Assembly: GCA_963713865.1 (NCBI GenBank)
Contig: OY970208.1
Span: 2,560,001-2,624,000 of the forward strand
DNA from: an uncultured candidate division Zixibacteria bacterium
GTDB lineage: Bacteria; Zixibacteria; MSB-5A5; RBG-16-43-9
Direction of reading: 5' to 3'
Length of the DNA stretch: 64,000 nucleotides
This document shows positions 59,701-64,000 of the stretch, piece by piece (positions within the stretch are counted from its first letter, which is position 1; every line of letters begins with the position of its first letter). The notes under the pieces were generated by a model. The model made no database searches. It was not told where the DNA came from and saw only the letters and a program-made list of their open reading frames with translations. A program made the translations under genes and the position numbers.

Positions 59701-59991
59701 ATGAAAAAGAAAAAAAGAAAAACAAAAGATTTTCCGGTTAGAGTAAAGGTAATTAAAGTAGAGAAAAAGCCCTGTTCTTTTGGGCACAAGGCTGGAGATA
59801 CCTGGATTTTAAAAGGAGGAAAAACCGTAGAAGGTATATGCGGTTCAGCTTTTGACGTTATATTTCTTTACTGGAGGGTCTTAAGATTCGGAGGAGAGTT
59901 CCCCTGGGAAAAGGACAAAGATAAAGCTTATATCTGCTGCCCGGACCCGGAGTCCTGTGTGGTTTTCGAATTGACCAGAGTAAACAGGTAG
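59701..59991 (+). CDS. TIGR04076-family small Cys-containing protein
   Basis: C..GHK.GD, GIC..A, GGEFPW, CCPD....VVFEL; its stop codon lies within a REP. Confidence 0.8.
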   Translation: MKKKKRKTKDFPVRVKVIKVEKKPCSFGHKAGDTWILKGGKTVEGICGSAFDVIFLYWRVLRFGGEFPWEKDKDKAYICCPDPESCVVFELTRVNR

Positions 59992-60297
59992 AGACGCATT
60001 GCAATGCGTCTCTACAAAATATTTTAGGCGTATGCAATACGCCCCTACAAAAAAATTACGAGCAGGAGTGCAACTCCTGCCCGAGCAGGTGAGGGAAAGG
60101 TCAATGTATCGGTGGCTCAGGCATCCTGTCCTACAGACCCGTTTTAGGGCCTGAGCTTAAATGAACAGACAGGATGTCTGTTCCACCATTATCTGGTGTC
60201 AGGAGGTAACTCCTGACACCACAGAAAATATAAAGCGACCCTGTCCTGCGGTGCCTACGGCAGACGTAGTCTCCGTTTAGGAAAAGGGTCGCACTAC
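59988..60297. repeat. REP-like palindrome cluster
   Basis: At least six different hairpins, including gtagagacgcattgcaatgcgtctctac, gcaggagtgcaactcctgc and tggtgtcaggag..ctcctgacacca. Confidence 0.8.
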
Positions 60298-60310
60298 GAA
60301 ATATAAAAAT

Positions 60311-61162
60311 ATGAAACTCAAGGAAAATATAATCTTTTTATGGAACTGGTTTAAACAAACCTATATCCATTTCTTCTCTAAGGATAATTGTCCCTTGATG
60401 GCGGCGGGTATTTCTTTTTATTCTCTTTTATCTTTAATCCCTTTTTTCTTATTAATGATCTCTCTTTTAGGTTTTGTATTGCATTCTTCGGAGAAAGCAT
60501 CCTCCTGGGCTTATTTCCTCATAGCCAAGTCTCTACCCATCTCCACGGTCTCCTCCTTTAAGCTTATTTTCCATCTTATCCAGAAAAGAGAGGTCCTTGG
60601 TTTATTCGGCCTTTTAGGCTTGATCTGGACTGCATCCCGGATTTTCAGTGTTATCGAACAGGCTTTAAATACAGTTTGGAAAGTAAGTAAGGGACGGAGG
60701 TATCTACACAGTAAATTTATATCTGTGATTTTAGTTCCAATATCTTTATTAATCTTACTTTTATCTTTAGGTTTAACCAGCATATATACATTTGCTAAAA
60801 ACCAGAATATACCTTATTTGAATTTCAGACTCGCAGATGCTCCATTCCTGGCAAATCTCTTGGGAATATTTATCCCGATTATTTTAGGCTTATTCCTTTT
60901 CTTCTTACTCTACAAATTCATTCCTTATCGAAAAATACCCAATTCCCCTGCTTTTACCGGTGCACTCTTTGCCGCACTTTTATGGGAGCTCTCCAAACAT
61001 CTTTTTGATATCTATATAAAGAATTATGCTGGCATAGAAAAAATCTATGGCTCTTTTGGCACGATTGTAATTCTGCTTTTCTGGATTTACTATTCTGCGT
61101 TTATCCTTTTGATTGGAGCAGAGGTTGGAGCTAACTTAGAAACCCTGAGAAAAAAATCATAA
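60311..61162 (+). CDS. YihY / virulence factor BrkB-family membrane protein
   Basis: AAGISFYSLLSLIP, ALNTVW, IYGSFG, WIYYSAFILLIGAE. Confidence 0.92.
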   Translation: MKLKENIIFLWNWFKQTYIHFFSKDNCPLMAAGISFYSLLSLIPFFLLMISLLGFVLHSSEKASSWAYFLIAKSLPISTVSSFKLIFHLIQKREVLGLFGLLGLIWTASRIFSVIEQALNTVWKVSKGRRYLHSKFISVILVPISLLILLLSLGLTSIYTFAKNQNIPYLNFRLADAPFLANLLGIFIPIILGLFLFFLLYKFIPYRKIPNSPAFTGALFAALLWELSKHLFDIYIKNYAGIEKIYGSFGTIVILLFWIYYSAFILLIGAEVGANLETLRKKS

Positions 61163-61179
61163 AAATGAAAGGTGGAACT

Positions 61180-62808
61180 ATGAAAAATCAACTGTTAAAA
61201 GTAGTTATTTATCTATTTGTTTATATCCTTTCAACCAGCCAACCAGCGGAAGCCTGCACCAGTCTTCTGGTAACCAGAGGTGCTTCTGTAGATTCTTCGG
61301 TAATGATTACCTATACCTGCGATGGTGAGTTTCATCCACATCTGGAATATACCCCTGCCAGGGACCACAAACTGGAAGATTCGTTACAGATAACGGACTG
61401 GTCTGGAAAAGTAAGAGGTAAGATCAAACAGGTACCCCATACTTACGCAGTGGTTGACCTTATGAATGAACACCAGTTAACTATTGGCGAGACAACCTTT
61501 GACGGGCGCGAGGAATTGGAAAATCCGGATGGCCTTTTAAATTACTGGGACCTGATGCAGCTGGCACTGGAAAGAGCCAAAACTGCCAGGGAGGCAATTG
61601 AGGTTATTACTCAACTGGTTGCTGATTATGGTTATCGTTCCACGGGTGAGTCTTTTTCGATCGCAGACACTAAAGAAGTTTGGATAATGGAGATGATTGG
61701 ACCCGGTCCTGGAGGTAAAGGAGCAGAATGGGTTGCTCTCAGGATTCCAGATGGTTATATATCCTGTCACGCCAATAAATCCCGAATTGGTGAATTCCCT
61801 TTAAAAGACCCTAAAAACTGTCTTTATTCCGGGAACGTCATATCTTTTGCCATAGAAAAAGGATATTACGACCCGAAATCAGGAAAGCCTTTCCGGTTTT
61901 GTGACGCCTACTGCCCTGCTACTCCGAAAATCCAGCGGCATGCAGATGCACGCGTCTGGAGCATCTTCCGCCGGTCTGCTCCTTCAAAAAATTTCTCCCC
62001 TGATTACCACAGAGGAATCGATGGAGCAGAACCATATCCATTATGGATTAAACCTGATAAAAAACTTTCTCTTTCAGATGTTTTTGCTTTAATGCGAGAC
62101 CATTATGAGGGGACACCCTTTGATATGACCAAAGGAATCGATGCAGGTCCTTATGGCTCTCCATATCGCTGGCGTCCTTTGGATTGGACAGTCGATAGTA
62201 TTGAGTATAGTTGGGAGCGAGCGATCTCAACCCAGCAGACCGCTTTTTCATTTATCTCTCAATCCCGTTCCTGGTTACCAGATCCAGTAGGTGGCGTCCT
62301 CTGGTATGGCTTAGATGATACCTACACTTCCTGTTACATACCATTGTATTGTGGTATTGATACCATTCCAAAATCTTTTACAATCGGCAGTTTAAACAAG
62401 TTCTCCTGGGAATCTGCCTGGTGGGTTTTCAATTTCGTGGCAAATTTTGCCAACCTGAAATATTCTTATATACTACCGGAGATTCAAGCCGTGCAAAAAG
62501 ATATGGAAGGAAACTTCATGAAATTACAGCCGACAGTGGAAAAGACGGCAGTTGAACTCTCTGAATCTGATTCAAAACTTATGGTTCGTTATTTGACTGA
62601 TTACTCTGTTACTAATGCAGAAATGGTAGTATCACGTTGGAAGGAATTAGGAGAACATTTGATAACCAAATATAACGATGGTTATGTCCAGGACGAAGAA
62701 GGAGAACCACAGGAAAAAGGGTATCCTGAAACCTGGCTCAGAGAGGTTTTAAAATCAAGACCTGACCAGTTCTTATTAAAACCTGAAAAGGAAGATATGT
62801 CAAAATGA
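61180..62808 (+). CDS. Secreted C69-family dipeptidase (Ntn hydrolase)
   Basis: Signal peptide ending AEA then CTS nucleophile; MNEHQL.IGETT, GESFSIAD, RDHYEGT. Confidence 0.9.
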   Translation: MKNQLLKVVIYLFVYILSTSQPAEACTSLLVTRGASVDSSVMITYTCDGEFHPHLEYTPARDHKLEDSLQITDWSGKVRGKIKQVPHTYAVVDLMNEHQLTIGETTFDGREELENPDGLLNYWDLMQLALERAKTAREAIEVITQLVADYGYRSTGESFSIADTKEVWIMEMIGPGPGGKGAEWVALRIPDGYISCHANKSRIGEFPLKDPKNCLYSGNVISFAIEKGYYDPKSGKPFRFCDAYCPATPKIQRHADARVWSIFRRSAPSKNFSPDYHRGIDGAEPYPLWIKPDKKLSLSDVFALMRDHYEGTPFDMTKGIDAGPYGSPYRWRPLDWTVDSIEYSWERAISTQQTAFSFISQSRSWLPDPVGGVLWYGLDDTYTSCYIPLYCGIDTIPKSFTIGSLNKFSWESAWWVFNFVANFANLKYSYILPEIQAVQKDMEGNFMKLQPTVEKTAVELSESDSKLMVRYLTDYSVTNAEMVVSRWKELGEHLITKYNDGYVQDEEGEPQEKGYPETWLREVLKSRPDQFLLKPEKEDMSK

Positions 62809-62865
62809 AACTTCTAAAATAGCAATTCGTATAGATATGTATATCATAATTAAGGAGGATAGGTT

Positions 62866-64000
62866 ATGAAAGACAGGATTTTGGAGAGAAGAGCTTTTAT
62901 TAAAACCTTGCTGGCAGGAATTTCCGTTACAGCACTTGACTGGGCTTCCCTGCCCAAAGCAGAAAGTGCTGACTCAAACGAAAACCAGTTCGATGCCATA
63001 ATCATTGGCTCAGGTCTCGGAGGATTAACCTGTGCGGCTGCTTTTGCCCGGCAGGGATTTAAACCCCTGGTTCTGGAACAACACTACGTTCCCGGAGGGT
63101 ATGCTACCACTTTCAAGCGAAAAGATTTTGTCTTTGACGTCTCGTTACACTCTACCACCGTAGGTGAAAGGAATGGAATACACAATCTTATCCCTGGTTT
63201 CCCTGAAATCACCGAGGTCGAGTTTGTCCCTCATCCCAATCTTTACCGGGTAATCTATCCGGATTATGACATCCGGGTACCGCAGAAAAATCTGGATGGA
63301 TACATTACTATACTCACCGGCTACTTTCCTGATGAGAAAGAAGGTATTACTGCTCTTTTTGAGGATATGAAAGGGGTTGCCGGTGACATTAACAAGATTT
63401 CAGCTGCCAGAGGAAACGTGGATATGAGCAAATTCCCCATCGATTTTCCGTATCTTTACAAAAGCTACACTAAAACCTGGGGAGAGATGATGGATGCCCG
63501 GATCAAGAACCCGAAGCTAAAGTCAGTCATCTCCACCCTCTGGGGATATTATGGATTGCCTCCCTCTAAACTTGCCAGCATATATTATGCTCTCCCCACT
63601 ATAGGTTATCTACAAGAGGGCGGTTATTACCCGGTAGGGAAATCCCAGAAAATTAGTAATGCTCTGGTAAAATTTATCGAAGGCCAAGGTGGTATGGTAA
63701 AGCTTAAATCCGGGGTAGAAAAAATACTGGTAAAGGAGCAGACTGCGTATGGAGTGAAAACCACTGATGGTAAAGAATACCAGGGTAAAGTAGTAGTCTC
63801 AAATGCCAATGCTTATGATACTTTCCATAAGATGCTGGATGAAGGGGAATATCTTAAGGATTACCTGACGAAAATGGAGAATTTCAGCGTCAGCTTCTCA
63901 TCTTTCCAGATATTTTTAGGATTGAAAAATGACCTGATTGGTAAACTCGGGATTAAAGACACTGAGATCTTTTATGAACCTGGATATGATGCAGAGGAAG
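62866..64000 (+). CDS. Phytoene desaturase/RetSat-like FAD oxidoreductase with Tat-like leader (runs off the window; absent from the ORF track)
   Basis: AAGGAGG RBS; ERRAFIK; DAIIIGSGLGGL, LEQHYVPGGYATTF, FDVSLH, YPVG, VVSNA. Confidence 0.85.
   Translation, partial: MKDRILERRAFIKTLLAGISVTALDWASLPKAESADSNENQFDAIIIGSGLGGLTCAAAFARQGFKPLVLEQHYVPGGYATTFKRKDFVFDVSLHSTTVGERNGIHNLIPGFPEITEVEFVPHPNLYRVIYPDYDIRVPQKNLDGYITILTGYFPDEKEGITALFEDMKGVAGDINKISAARGNVDMSKFPIDFPYLYKSYTKTWGEMMDARIKNPKLKSVISTLWGYYGLPPSKLASIYYALPTIGYLQEGGYYPVGKSQKISNALVKFIEGQGGMVKLKSGVEKILVKEQTAYGVKTTDGKEYQGKVVVSNANAYDTFHKMLDEGEYLKDYLTKMENFSVSFSSFQIFLGLKNDLIGKLGIKDTEIFYEPGYDAEE

Overview
An AT-rich bacterial chromosomal window. A dockerin-like tail and a QNYPNPFN (FlgD-Ig/T9SS-like) tail on secreted proteases suggest an FCB-related lineage such as Zixibacteria, which is an inference. 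Most of the window is housekeeping. From left to right it holds: a PIN-type toxin-antitoxin pair, two tandem thioredoxins, OsmC, a NimA/PNPOx-like protein and mscL; a copper export cluster; a secreted MtnN and an fdhD remnant; hypFCDEAB divergent from a Tat-exported group 1a-like [NiFe] hydrogenase and its protease, with a perfect Rex box; an M6 protease with dockerin; the dcw cluster from mraZ to ftsZ with MraZ boxes; a C25 protease; an NRAMP-type Mg transporter with a stand-alone MgtE-N/CBS protein; ssb, a DUF2723 glycosyltransferase and tol-pal; ligA, polX and a C69 peptidase; and a truncated Tat-signal FAD oxidoreductase. Five tRNAs are interspersed. Five genes carry single-base indels, three of them essential genes, so these are most likely assembly errors. 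No CRISPR array, prophage, integrase or intact IS is visible. The least explained content is non-coding: many distinct REP-like palindrome families, some nested; polar 7/8-mer tandem tracts at gene and tRNA ends, with similar heptamers inside a coding sequence; two candidate small RNAs with C-rich loops; and a silent-site-diverged duplicate of a gene's 3' end. D-(S/T)-x motifs also look enriched in exported proteins, and a TMEM260-like glycosyltransferase is in the window.
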